Source of the DNA: Candidatus Doudnabacteria bacterium
GTDB lineage: Bacteria; Patescibacteriota; Doudnabacteria; UBA920
Assembly (NCBI GenBank): GCA_963837465.1
Contig: CAWINB010000004.1
Location: forward strand, 202,853-266,852
Direction of reading: 5' to 3'
DNA: 64,000 bases
Shown here: positions 1-9,889 of the stretch, in pieces
Layout of the letters: each line of letters starts with the position of its first letter
How positions within the stretch are numbered: position 1 is the stretch's first letter
Notes under the pieces: model-generated
What the model was told of the DNA's origin: nothing
The model's database searches: none
The model's input: only the letters and a program-made list of their open reading frames with translations
Translations under genes and position numbers: made by a program

Positions 1-36
1 AAACAAAGTTACTAAGCTCTATCCGCTAAACGCTTT

Positions 37-1422
37 TTACCATCCGAAAAGCTTGCCGACCTCTTCGGAAGATTCGCGACGACGAGCGATTTTTATTTCC
101 CCGTTTTGGGCGATAAGCTTGGCCGGAGAAGACAACAGGCAGTGGTGGGAAGCCAGCGCGTCCTGGTAGGCGCCGGTATCCAGCAGCGCTATATAAAGCT
201 CCTCTACCTCATCCAGTCTGGGCAATAAAACACAGTCGCCGCCGGCCGTGTACTTGTCGTCGCTGTCGCAGCTGGAGCCGGCCAGCCAGACCTTGGCCAT
301 TTTTTTTGTATTCATGTGGTTAATGGGAATGACGTGCCATTTTTGGTGGATGGCCCAGGTATCTATTAAATCATTCATGAAACTGCCGTCAATAATATAC
401 CATTTAAAATTTCCTTTGTTGCCGACGTCTTTTTGCGCCAGGATTTTATAAATGGTGATTTGCGCGGGCGCGGCCACATAGCTGCCCCACTCCACGATTA
501 AATTAGGGTGTTTTAACCCGAGCTTATCGCACTCTTTTTTGGCCGTTTTAACAATTTGCTGGACCAGGCTTTTGCCGCTGTAAAAATGCTTCTTTTTTTC
601 AAAGGGCACGCCGGCTCCGCCGCCAATGTCCAGAGTGTCCAGGGCGGGATTTTTTTCCTTCATTTTGGCGTACAAATCCATGGCGCGTTTTATGGGTTTA
701 ATAAAACCCTGAATGCTTTCTATCTGTTTGGAAATGTGGTAATGGAGCGTGGACAGGTTTCTGACTTTGCCGATTTTTATAAGTTCTTCCTCGGTGAAAC
801 CGTAACGGTTGAATTTTTTATCCCAGTGGGCCTGGACTTTAATATCCAGGTTGACGCGGATGCCGACCTCGCCTTTAAATTTTTGCAGCCGTTCCAGTTC
901 GTTGTAATCTTCAATAATTGGGATAACCGTCAGGCCTTTGCCCTTAAGCTCTTCAATCAAGCTGATGTATTTTTCGGTTTTCGGACCGTTGCAGATGACG
1001 CGGATTTTGGTGTTGAATTTGTCCTGTTCTATCATCCTTTTGACCAGAAACAGTTCGTTGGCGGAAGCCACGTCCAAGTTGGCGCCTTCGGCCACGGCAG
1101 GCAGCACGAATTCCTTGGTCTGGTTGGCCTTCATGGCATAATGGTAAAAAAACTTGCCCTTGTAGCCCAAAACTTTTATGTAGGCGTTGAATGTTTCTAT
1201 CAGGTCGCGCACGCGGTTTTCTATAACCGTGGGAAAAACAATTTCCGTGGAAGTTCCGTATTTTTTGACGATGTCAAAAATATTGTACTGGTAGTTGCCT
1301 TCGCGCACAATCAGTTCGCCGTCCGGGCTGATGTCAAACATGGAAGTGTTGTATTCATCTATGCCCAGCCGCCAAAATTTACGGAAACCGTTTTTCTTTT
1401 TAGCCGCGGATTTTGTGGTCAT
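37..1422 (-). CDS. Fold-type III PLP-dependent decarboxylase, short SpeA-like (biosynthetic arginine decarboxylase family)
   Basis: 461 aa ORF. HYAMKANQ resembles the YxxKAN PLP-lysine motif of Orn/DAP/Arg decarboxylases, and a GGGAGVP glycine-rich loop is present. The N-terminal layout (YNIFD...FPTVIENRVRDL...LGYKGKFFYHYAMKANQ...ANLDVASANEL) follows E. coli SpeA. The exact substrate is not certain. Confidence 0.7.
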   Translation of the reverse strand: MTTKSAAKKKNGFRKFWRLGIDEYNTSMFDISPDGELIVREGNYQYNIFDIVKKYGTSTEIVFPTVIENRVRDLIETFNAYIKVLGYKGKFFYHYAMKANQTKEFVLPAVAEGANLDVASANELFLVKRMIEQDKFNTKIRVICNGPKTEKYISLIEELKGKGLTVIPIIEDYNELERLQKFKGEVGIRVNLDIKVQAHWDKKFNRYGFTEEELIKIGKVRNLSTLHYHISKQIESIQGFIKPIKRAMDLYAKMKEKNPALDTLDIGGGAGVPFEKKKHFYSGKSLVQQIVKTAKKECDKLGLKHPNLIVEWGSYVAAPAQITIYKILAQKDVGNKGNFKWYIIDGSFMNDLIDTWAIHQKWHVIPINHMNTKKMAKVWLAGSSCDSDDKYTAGGDCVLLPRLDEVEELYIALLDTGAYQDALASHHCLLSSPAKLIAQNGEIKIARRRESSEEVGKLFGW

Positions 1423-1778
1423 GTTAAATTAGGTGATAGGGATTAGGGATTAGAGCCTGAAAAATAAAAAAGCAAACTCTGGTGAATTTGCGTAAGTTTA
1501 ATTAAGCCATTGGGTTGACTTGTCGGTTGGGGATGAAATGGTCGCCGGATAATATCGTTTGTTTGCCTTTCAGACTTTAATATTGCAGATAATGTAGCAT
1601 TTGAACCTTGGTTTGTCAAATACACAACGGATGATTTTATGATTTATTCGTTCTGTCCTTCGGCCGCGCTTAGGAGATTCGGCCCGCTATTATTGGCCGA
1701 AGGTTACCAGCGAACTTATCCAAAAATGGTGAATCTATTTTACGAAGTCCAAACCTATTTTATCAAAAACAGCTAACC

Positions 1779-2204
1779 TTGACTACTCCTAAACCACCTT
1801 CTGTCTTAGCTATAACCCAAGACCTGCGGCTAAAGACCGAGGATATTGACCGGAGGCAAGAACGGCTTTTCCAGGGCTATCTTTCCGAAGACATTAACCC
1901 AGAAAAATACCGGCAGGAGAAGAACAAGCTAACTTTGGAAAAGAAGACCCTTACCGAGCAAATTACAAAGTTGGAACATAAACAAAAAATTTGGGTTGAA
2001 CCCCTTAAAAATTTCATCAAAGACGCTGAAAATTTGGGCGAAATAACGCTTTCGCCCGAACTGCACCCCAAAAAATCGGCTGCACAACAAATCTTTGGCT
2101 CGAACCTGTTTTTAAAAAACCGTCAGTTGCAGTTTAGCCCACAAACACAATGGGCTGCGCTAAGCGCAGCCCTGCAAAAAGTCGGGGAAAGTTCCTTTGT
2201 GTAA
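1779..2204 (+). pseudogene. C-terminal coiled-coil remnant of a large serine recombinase (LSR)
   Basis: The 141 aa ORF aligns with the C-terminal ~130 aa of the LSR at 44658..45725 (QDLR..TDEIDR..IW..PLK.WI.DAE.LGEITLSP.L.PKKS.AQ.IFGS.L.LKN). No catalytic or zinc-ribbon part lies upstream. It ends 5 nt from the 3' end of the convergent tRNA-Leu. Confidence 0.7.
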
Positions 2205-2209
2205 TATTC

Positions 2210-2296
2210 TGGTGCCCGGGGAGGGAGTTGAACCCTCAATCCCTTACGGGCGACTGATCTTAAGTCAGTAGCGTATGCCAGTTCCGCCACCCGGGC
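2210..2296 (-). tRNA. tRNA-Leu(TAA), long variable arm, CCA encoded
   Basis: The reverse complement folds as a cloverleaf. Acceptor GCCCGGG/CCCGGGC, anticodon stem ACTGA/TCAGT, loop CTTAAGA, variable hairpin CCC-GTAA-GGG, T-arm GAGGG-TTCAACT-CCCTC. Confidence 0.85.
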
Positions 2297-2360
2297 TTGG
2301 GTTATTAAATTGTTTCGCGCTCCGGCCGCGCTCAGGACAAAAATCTGCCGCGTAAATTTT

Positions 2361-2435
2361 TGGAGGTGCAGATGGGAATCGAACCCATGCATTGCGGTTT
2401 TGCAGACCGCCGCGTTACCACTTCGCCACTGCACC
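2361..2435 (-). tRNA. tRNA-Cys(GCA), CCA encoded
   Basis: The reverse complement folds as a cloverleaf. Acceptor GGTGCAG/CTGCACC, anticodon stem GCGGT/ACCGC, loop CTGCAAA, T-arm ATGGG-TTCGATT-CCCAT. Confidence 0.85.
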
Positions 2436-2561
2436 CCGCGCTGATGTTTATTTTTTATTCGGCGCCCAAAATTACAGCCCTTATATTTTAATCAAAAATC
2501 CGCATTTGTTCAATAGCCCGGGCAAATTTAAACCCCCCGACTGGCGGAGGGTTTAAATTAT

Positions 2562-3230
2562 TTATTGGGCAATGGTAGCCAGTTGCTGGTTGGCGGTAGC
2601 TGTAGCTATGGAGCTTTGGGCCATAGCCACGCGCTGCTGGTCGGAAGTCTGCTGTATCTGGGTCAGCTCAGCCAGTATCTTCTTGGAACCATAACGCCAG
2701 TTACTGCTGTATGGCTGCACATAGACGCCATCCATTTTGTCCAAGCTCCAGCCGTTGTAGCGGGTGTCGAGCAGGGTGCTCATATCGTTAATCCACTCGC
2801 CGAAGTTGTTGTATTTTCTTAAGTACTGCTGGCCTCCGATGCCGCTGCAGTTATAGTAAAGGTTGCGCTGGCACATATCGCTTTCCACAAAACTTATGGA
2901 AATGACCATGGGCCAGTTGTCCTTTGTAATCAATTGCGGCACATAGTTCGCCAGCGGTGAATCGCGGGCCTGTAAATAGGCCTGTAAATTGACGGTTAAA
3001 GGGTCTGCCTGCTGGACCGTGTTTATGTTTAAAGAATTTTGGTCTGTATTTGGGTTTGGGTTGAGTAAATTCGCATCCGCGACGTTGATTTTAAAAATTG
3101 CGGCTGATTGTCCAGAAGTATCTGCCATGGCCAACTGCGGGTATAGCATAGGAGTTAGTAAGACTAACGCCATAATACCCAGTAGCACACTTTGGTCCAA
3201 GACAAGCTTCAAGTTGGAAAGAGCTTTCAT
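2562..3230 (-). CDS. Secreted or membrane-anchored hypothetical protein
   Basis: 222 aa ORF with an N-terminal hydrophobic signal/anchor (LVLDQSVLLGIMALVLLTPMLY) and an N/Q/T-rich body. A palindromic terminator-like hairpin lies downstream at about 2530..2556. No domain recognised. Confidence 0.5.
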   Translation of the reverse strand: MKALSNLKLVLDQSVLLGIMALVLLTPMLYPQLAMADTSGQSAAIFKINVADANLLNPNPNTDQNSLNINTVQQADPLTVNLQAYLQARDSPLANYVPQLITKDNWPMVISISFVESDMCQRNLYYNCSGIGGQQYLRKYNNFGEWINDMSTLLDTRYNGWSLDKMDGVYVQPYSSNWRYGSKKILAELTQIQQTSDQQRVAMAQSSIATATANQQLATIAQ

Positions 3231-3764
3231 TCTTTAAATCAAACTCCTTTCTCCCCTGTCCCGTTTAACCCGGGAAAGTCTTTATGTTAAGGAACGACTG
3301 TTGGACCCACCCAGCTTTTTAATTAAACAAAGGTGTCAGTCGTCCGGGCTTAAGCTTGTCAAAATAGGCTCAAGCTCCGGAAGTGATTGCGCTGCTTATG
3401 TTTATAAAGCAGGGCTTATATAAAACAAAAAAGCGCCAAGTAGCACTTTTCTAAACCCATTATAGCTCTTTCCAGACATTTTTTCAAGGCCTTTTAGCGA
3501 CTTTTTGGCTTAAATAAAACAGAAAACATTATTCCATTAATAGAATGGGCAATTTTTGGCATTTAAAAAAACCCTATATTTAAAGGGTTTTATGCCAGTA
3601 CTCCGTAATCGGATGCGCGAGTCCTAATTAAAATCAGTCCGGGTTGAGCGCCTCTTTTAATAAAATTCAGAATATCAGAATAATGCCCAAGCGATACAAT
3701 ACTGTTTTGATATCGCTAAAGACGTGATATACTGAAAATCAGTTTAAATTAATAAACACTATAT

Positions 3765-4028
3765 ATGTCAACAAACGCATCAAATCCCGTTTCTAACCAA
3801 GATCCCAACCCCACTATTTACCAGGCAAAGAATCACGAAGATAGTCACGAAGTTTTACGGCTGCTTGGGGAGCATGGAATACAGGGAGTGGCTTTTACCA
3901 GTTTTGAGGGCGTAGACCTTACAAAACCGGAACAGGATTTTTCAAATTTGCCCGTATCTGTTTCAGTAAAGGCCCCGGAAGCAGAAACTGCCAAACAGAT
4001 TTTAAGAAATCACGGAAGAGAGTGCTAG
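3765..4028 (+). CDS. Small hypothetical protein
   Basis: 87 aa ORF in an intergenic gap with coding-like composition. No motif recognised. Confidence 0.3.
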   Translation: MSTNASNPVSNQDPNPTIYQAKNHEDSHEVLRLLGEHGIQGVAFTSFEGVDLTKPEQDFSNLPVSVSVKAPEAETAKQILRNHGREC

Positions 4029-4199
4029 CGCCATATAGGTTTAATTTTGACTGTCAAACTATCCTTGAATAATTGAAAAAACCGGCAAATCACCTGCCGG
4101 AATTAATCGTTTATGGCGCTGGCATAGCCGGTTTTCAAAGCAGGTTCCAAACTCTCCGGACAAAAACACGATGCGTAACGGTCTTAATTAAAATAGCAC

Positions 4200-4673
4200 A
4201 TGAACCAAAACGCGGAATTAATAAATAAATTTTATACTTGTTTTCAAGGTAGGGATTTCAAGGGTATGCAGGAATGTTACGCTGATAATGCTGTTTTTAA
4301 TGACGAAATTTTTACAAATCTTGGCTCTAAAGAGGTAAGGGCCATGTGGGAAATGCTTTGTATAAACGGAAATGACCTAAAATTGGAGTTTCGAAACATA
4401 TTGGCCGGCGAAAAAACCGCAACCGCGGAATGGACAGCCTGCTATACTTTTCCAGCCACAGGAAGAAAAGTGGTGAATCATGTCAAAGCCGATTTTTTTA
4501 TCGAGCAAGGGAAAATTATAAAACACACGGATATTTTTAGTTTTTACCAATGGGCGAAACAATCCCTGGGGCTTATGGGGGTTTTGTTCGGCTGGACCTG
4601 GCTGGTGAAAAACAAGATAAGGACAGAGGCGGCGAGGAAGCTTAATGACTATATATACCAGAAAATGATCTAA
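4200..4673 (+). CDS. NTF2/SnoaL-like (ketosteroid isomerase-like) family protein
   Basis: 157 aa ORF. The N-terminal pattern (LINKFYTCFQGRDFKGMQECYADNAVFNDEIF...G...V..MWEML) is typical of SnoaL-like polyketide cyclase/NTF2 domains. Confidence 0.6.
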   Translation: MNQNAELINKFYTCFQGRDFKGMQECYADNAVFNDEIFTNLGSKEVRAMWEMLCINGNDLKLEFRNILAGEKTATAEWTACYTFPATGRKVVNHVKADFFIEQGKIIKHTDIFSFYQWAKQSLGLMGVLFGWTWLVKNKIRTEAARKLNDYIYQKMI

Positions 4674-4785
4674 AATAGGTTCTAGCGCGCCTTTAATTTA
4701 ATTATGCCTATCAGATGTGTCTGAAAGTCCAATCAGCAGAGTATTTTAAACAACTTACTATAGTCAAATTTAAATTAATGGAGCG

Positions 4786-6060
4786 CTAGTCATTCCTGCC
4801 GTAGACTTCCCAATCAAAAATAGTATATTTTACCGCTTTGTACCAGCCGACCACGGAGGCATAGTAGCGGAGGTTGGCCAGGACGCGGAAGATATAGGCA
4901 AAGTAGCCGGTAAAGTAAAAACCCGCGTAATCAAAGATTGCCCATTTGCCTCCAAGGGCCACGATAAAACCGTGCTTTTTGCCGGCGTAAGCCAGCGGTT
5001 TTTGGTTTTCCATAATTAAAGGCAACGCGTAGGCCAGGTACTCGCCCTGGGCTACGGCATCCTGGGCAGTTGGGGGAGCGGGGCGGCTATCGGCGTTAAC
5101 AATGCAGGCGCAATCGCCCAGGGCAAAAATACTTTGGTCTTTGTCCGACTGAAAAAATTGATTGGTGATAATTCTGCCTTTGCGGTCCAGATTTAACGGA
5201 TCGGTAAACGGCAGAGCGCAGGCTTTAACGCCGGTGGTCCAAACTAAAGCGTCGTACTCTACCCGCTCCTGGGTAGCCATTTCTACAAAGCGCCCGTCAA
5301 CTTTAAAAATCGGACTGCTTAGTCTGACATTTACTCCCAAATTTTTTAGATGCCACAGCGCGTCCTGGCTTAAACGGTTGGAAAAACCGGCAATAAGCTG
5401 ATTGGCCGCTTCTATAATCATGACTTCAATTTTTTCCGGCGGGAAATCATTTTTCCATGCCATAAAGCGCAACTCATGAACCAGTTCGGCCGCGAATTCG
5501 CAGCCGGTGTAGCCGCCGCCGGCTATGACAATACGGATGTTTGACTTGGTCATTTCCAGCCGCTGCTTTTGCATGGCGAATTCTATTTTATTGCGCGCGC
5601 GCAAACCATCGGCCAGAGTTTTTAAAGTGGAAGCAAAATTTTCCGCGCCCTGGATGCCAAAAAAATCACTGACGGAGCCCAGGGCCACCGCCAGATAATC
5701 GTATTGCAATTTTTTATCGCCGGCCTGGACGAATTTTTGTTCCCTATTAATAGCTGTAACTTCGGCCTGAACAACTTCAATTGTCCTTCCGGCGAAAATT
5801 TCCTTTAAAGGGATGGTTACGCTCTTTTTTAACTGGCTCTGGCTAACCAATTCTTCTTCGGCCGTGGCCACTTCGTACAAATTGGAGGTAAATAATTGGT
5901 AGTCGCGCTTATCAACAAGAGTGATGGAAACGTCTTTGCTGTTCCTGAATTTTTTTTCCAAACCCCTGGCCGCGGCCACGCCGGCATAACCGGCTCCTAA
6001 AATTACAATTTTTTTCCCGCCGGAGGCGGATCCGCCTCCGGCGGACATTTTATTTTTCAT
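4786..6060 (-). CDS. ndh: Type II NADH:quinone oxidoreductase (NDH-2), FAD/NAD-binding
   Basis: 424 aa ORF with two Rossmann dinucleotide-binding motifs (IVILGAGYAGVAAA and IVIAGGGYTGCEFAAEL). The length and C-terminal hydrophobic tail are typical of NDH-2. Confidence 0.8.
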   Translation of the reverse strand: MKNKMSAGGGSASGGKKIVILGAGYAGVAAARGLEKKFRNSKDVSITLVDKRDYQLFTSNLYEVATAEEELVSQSQLKKSVTIPLKEIFAGRTIEVVQAEVTAINREQKFVQAGDKKLQYDYLAVALGSVSDFFGIQGAENFASTLKTLADGLRARNKIEFAMQKQRLEMTKSNIRIVIAGGGYTGCEFAAELVHELRFMAWKNDFPPEKIEVMIIEAANQLIAGFSNRLSQDALWHLKNLGVNVRLSSPIFKVDGRFVEMATQERVEYDALVWTTGVKACALPFTDPLNLDRKGRIITNQFFQSDKDQSIFALGDCACIVNADSRPAPPTAQDAVAQGEYLAYALPLIMENQKPLAYAGKKHGFIVALGGKWAIFDYAGFYFTGYFAYIFRVLANLRYYASVVGWYKAVKYTIFDWEVYGRND

Positions 6061-6403
6061 TTTTTGTTTCTAAGCGCTTACTTATTGATGAGTTGATTAT
6101 AACATAATAGCACTGGCGCGGACAGAGGCAATTCTCATAGTACTGTCAACCGTAGCCGGGTAATATCAGAGCTCGGTTAAACTAAGTAAAATTCAAGTAC
6201 TTTATATTACATAGAGACTGCTAAAATGGTCAAGGCCGCGCCAGGCCAATTTCTAAATCCTAAGCTCTAAATACTAAACAAATTGTAAATTACAAAGCTG
6301 TGAGATCCTGTAATTAATAAACAATAAACGGGAACACCCTGCGCGTTGTTCCCGTTTATTGTTTGTAATTTGTTTAGGGTTTCGCTATTAGAATTTCGGA
6401 TTT

Positions 6404-7651
6404 TTACTCGTATCGTAACGCCTCTATCGGATCCATCTTAGAAGCGCTCCTGGCCGGAAGCACTCCAAAGCCAATACCAATGGCGCCGGAAACTCCCACG
6501 GCGATAAAAATCGCGTACAAAGGCACGGAAAATGTCCAGGCCAGACCGGCGGCAGTTGCTATAACCGAAACCAGCCAGCCGAGCAGTGAGCCAAAAATAA
6601 TGCCAATTATCCCACCGGCAACAGTAACCAAAACCGATTCAATTAAAAATTCGTTTAAAATGTCGGCGTTGGTGGCGCCCAATGCTTTTTTAAGTCCAAT
6701 CTCGGCCGTGCGTTCGGTAACCACCACGTACATAATATTCATAATACCCACGCCGCCAACCACCAGGGAAATCGCGGCGATGGCAATAAGCAAAATTGTG
6801 ATGCCGTTAAAAATAGTGTTAAAGGAATCCAGCGCCTGCGCCTGGGTTTGCACCGTAAAATCATCCTTGGCCGGGTCGGTAATATTGTGGTTGTGTTCCA
6901 TTACGGAAGTTATGTCAGCGGCAGTTTCATCACCCAGCTGGATGTTCTGCAGCTGGACCACGCCAATAGAAATATAATTAATACCCAGCATTTTTCTTTG
7001 CGCCGTAACAAGGGGCATATACAGGCTGTCATCGGCGGAGCTTAAGGCGCCTTCGGGATTATAGACTCCTATGACCTGAAAATTTAAAGTGCCCAAACGA
7101 ATAAGCTGTCCGAGCGGGTTGCTTTGGTTGAATAAATCCGTTGCCAGCTGGCTGCCTAAAATTACCACCTGAGCTGCGCCGGCATCTTCGCTTTCGGTGT
7201 AAAACCTGCCCTCAGCCAGAGTATTCTGGTCAATCTGGAAGCGCGAGGCCGAGGCGCCATAGTAAATAACGCTTTTGTCGGTATCGCCAAAACTGGCCAC
7301 AGCCTGGCCCGTTACCATACCGTAGTCGTTAACCACATTGGGCAGTTGCTTAATATCATCCAAATCCCTCTGCGTAAAAGTGGTAATGACCACGCCGGAA
7401 AAAGCATTGGCCGCGCTACCGGCGGAAGCCGAAGCAAGATTTTTGGTGGTGGGTGGAACGCGGGTTTGGATAAACAACGTGTTGCTGCCAAGGGCGTTAA
7501 CCTGGGCGTTAATTAAACTCCTAAATCCGGCTCCGGCGGACAACACCAAAATCACCGTGGAAATGCCTATAACGATCCCCAAAGTAGTAAGGGCTGTACG
7601 CGCCGGGTTGGCGCGAAGGGCTTTTATGGATTGTCTAAAAGAATTGAACAT
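6404..7651 (-). CDS. ABC transporter permease, FtsX/MacB-like
   Basis: 415 aa ORF. It has an N-terminal TM helix, a large extracytoplasmic domain and a C-terminal 3-TM FtsX bundle ending in the conserved ...KMDPIEALRYE. Confidence 0.8.
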   Translation of the reverse strand: MFNSFRQSIKALRANPARTALTTLGIVIGISTVILVLSAGAGFRSLINAQVNALGSNTLFIQTRVPPTTKNLASASAGSAANAFSGVVITTFTQRDLDDIKQLPNVVNDYGMVTGQAVASFGDTDKSVIYYGASASRFQIDQNTLAEGRFYTESEDAGAAQVVILGSQLATDLFNQSNPLGQLIRLGTLNFQVIGVYNPEGALSSADDSLYMPLVTAQRKMLGINYISIGVVQLQNIQLGDETAADITSVMEHNHNITDPAKDDFTVQTQAQALDSFNTIFNGITILLIAIAAISLVVGGVGIMNIMYVVVTERTAEIGLKKALGATNADILNEFLIESVLVTVAGGIIGIIFGSLLGWLVSVIATAAGLAWTFSVPLYAIFIAVGVSGAIGIGFGVLPARSASKMDPIEALRYE

Positions 7652-7740
7652 AATTGACCAAAAATGACATAATTGACAAAATTATCCGGCTGAGTAGATT
7701 ATGTCAATTTTTTAAATTATTTAAATTTTGTCAATACTAT

Positions 7741-8928
7741 TTATTCGTATCTCAACGACTCTATCGGGTTCAACTTCGCGGCTTTGTAGGCCGGGTAGAG
7801 ACCGAAGACTACGCCGGTTAAAATGGAAACGCCTACGGACAGGATAACGGAGGTTAAGGAAATTACAAAGGCCCAGTCATAGCCCAAAGAATTCATAAGC
7901 AGCGAAACCAAATAGGCGACTATTACACCGGCAATAATTCCAATAAGTCCTCCGAGCAACGTAAGCGTGCCGGATTCAAATAAAAATTGCAGTAAGATGG
8001 CGCGGTTGCTGGCGCCCACGGCTTTGCGCAAACCAATTTCGCGGGTGCGCTCGGCCACGGTAACCATCATAATATTTAAAATACCGATGCCGCCCACCAC
8101 CAAGGCAATGCCGGCCATAGCGGTTAAAAATAAACTCAGCGCGGTGGTGACCGTGGTTAAAACGCTGACGGCCTCGGCGGTGTTGCGCACGGTAAAATCC
8201 ACCTCTGAAGGAGTCAGCACATGGTGGCGCTGGTCCAAAATATTGGTAACCTCGTTAATGCTTTCGTTTATATTATCCGCGGAATCAATCTTTAAATTTA
8301 TGGCCTGCAGATAATTGATACCCAAAATTTGCTGCTGGCCAATGGCCAAAGGCAGAAAAATTTGGTCATCCTGGTCCTGGAAAAACGCGCTGCCGCGCGA
8401 CTGGATAACTCCGATAACGCGCAGGGGAATACCGCCGGGCTGGTTTTCCGAACTTTGCGAACTGCTCCTGACTTTAATGACCTGGCCTAAAGGATCCGTG
8501 CCCGAATTGCCAAACAGCTCAGTTGCCACAGTTGAGCCCAAAACCACCACATTGGCGTCACCCTCGTCCTGTTGCTGATTAAAAAAAGAGCCTTCGCTCA
8601 TGGTAAAATTGACCACCCGCGGATAATAGTAATCGGTGCCGAAAAAATTGGTGTCCACGCTTTGGTTTTCCCAGGTCACTGTTACGCTGCCGCGCACATC
8701 GGCATTTACAGCCACGGCGTGAGGCACCGCGGAAGGAGCCCGGAGCGCCTCGGCATCGGCCGTTGTCAGTGTCGTCACCACCACGCCAAACACCTGGGCC
8801 GGCGGGCCTTTATCGTTGCTTTTGCCCGGTTGGACAGAAAGCAGATTGGATCCCAATTTGGTAACCTGTCCCAATACCAAAGCCTGGGCTCCGGCGCCAA
8901 GCGCGATAATAATAATCACTCCGGCCAC
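7741..8928 (-). CDS. ABC transporter permease, FtsX/MacB-like (paralogue)
   Basis: 395 aa ORF with the same architecture as the neighbouring permease and a C-terminal ...KLNPIESLRYE. Confidence 0.8.
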   Translation of the reverse strand: MAGVIIIIALGAGAQALVLGQVTKLGSNLLSVQPGKSNDKGPPAQVFGVVVTTLTTADAEALRAPSAVPHAVAVNADVRGSVTVTWENQSVDTNFFGTDYYYPRVVNFTMSEGSFFNQQQDEGDANVVVLGSTVATELFGNSGTDPLGQVIKVRSSSQSSENQPGGIPLRVIGVIQSRGSAFFQDQDDQIFLPLAIGQQQILGINYLQAINLKIDSADNINESINEVTNILDQRHHVLTPSEVDFTVRNTAEAVSVLTTVTTALSLFLTAMAGIALVVGGIGILNIMMVTVAERTREIGLRKAVGASNRAILLQFLFESGTLTLLGGLIGIIAGVIVAYLVSLLMNSLGYDWAFVISLTSVILSVGVSILTGVVFGLYPAYKAAKLNPIESLRYE

Positions 8929-9114
8929 GCCGATGACAATTCCGAGGATGGTGAAAAAGAACGACCCTTTCTGGCCAAAAGGGTTCTGAAAACCAATTTA
9001 ATTGTGGACAAGAAATTCATTGTCAGTTATGAGCTTTCAAGTTAAAAGTATCAGGCGCGAACCGTTTCCACTTGATAACTTTAAACGTTTAACTTGGGTT
9101 ATTTCACCAGCTCT

Positions 9115-9834
9115 TTATCCGGACTCTGCGATAGCGCGTTGTTTCACCTGTTCATCGCTGACTATATTTCCATCCTTTAAACGGATAATGCGCTTGGCGT
9201 GGTTGGCGGTGTCCTGTTCATGAGTTACCAAAATAATCGTGCGCCCGCCGTCATTTAATTTTTGTAAAATTTCCATTACGGTGTTACCGCTTTTGCTGTC
9301 CAAATTGCCCGTAGGCTCGTCGGCAAAAATTACCGCCGGGTCGCAGACCAAAGCCCGCGCTATGGCCACGCGCTGTTTTTCCCCGCCGGAAATCTGGTTG
9401 GTATAAAAATCCAGGCGGTGGCCCAAACCGACATCGGTTAAAGCTTTTTTGGCCAGAGCGTCCTGGTCCTTTTTTTTGCTGTAAAGCAAAGGCAGTTTGA
9501 CGTTATCCAAAACCGAAGTCCTGGACAATAAATTAAAAGATTGGAAGACAAAACCGATTTCTTCGTTTCGCAGACCGGCCAGATATTCATCCGGAAAAAT
9601 ATTGGTGTTCTGGCCCTTAAAAGCGTACAAACCCGAAGTCGGGCGGTCCAGAAAACTTAAGATGTGCATAAGCGTGGATTTGCCGCTGCCGGACGGACCC
9701 ATAATGGCCACAAACTCCCCTTTATCTATGGTAAAGCTGACGCCGTGCAAAACCGGAGTCACCACGCCTTCGTTGACGTAATTCTTTTTTAAATTTTCAA
9801 CGCGAATGAGATCCATAAACGAATTATGAAGCAT
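9115..9834 (-). CDS. ABC transporter ATP-binding protein (MacB/LolD-type nucleotide-binding domain)
   Basis: 239 aa ORF with Walker [13 protein letters not shown] signature [15 protein letters not shown], Walker [13 protein letters not shown] and an H-loop. Confidence 0.9.
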   Translation of the reverse strand: MLHNSFMDLIRVENLKKNYVNEGVVTPVLHGVSFTIDKGEFVAIMGPSGSGKSTLMHILSFLDRPTSGLYAFKGQNTNIFPDEYLAGLRNEEIGFVFQSFNLLSRTSVLDNVKLPLLYSKKKDQDALAKKALTDVGLGHRLDFYTNQISGGEKQRVAIARALVCDPAVIFADEPTGNLDSKSGNTVMEILQKLNDGGRTIILVTHEQDTANHAKRIIRLKDGNIVSDEQVKQRAIAESG

Positions 9835-9889
9835 GAATCAGGAATTATGGGCGGCCGTTTCCTGATTCATGATTCCATATCCCTGACTC

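Noticed and set aside
556-1446. 296-aa ORF on the plus strand
   Set aside because: It is antisense to and fully within the well-supported PLP-decarboxylase gene. It has no motifs and a phenylalanine/glycine-rich composition typical of an antisense frame.
2123-2434. 103-aa ORF on the minus strand
   Set aside because: It is entirely overlapped by tRNA-Leu and tRNA-Cys and their spacer. It is a translation artefact of the tRNA genes.
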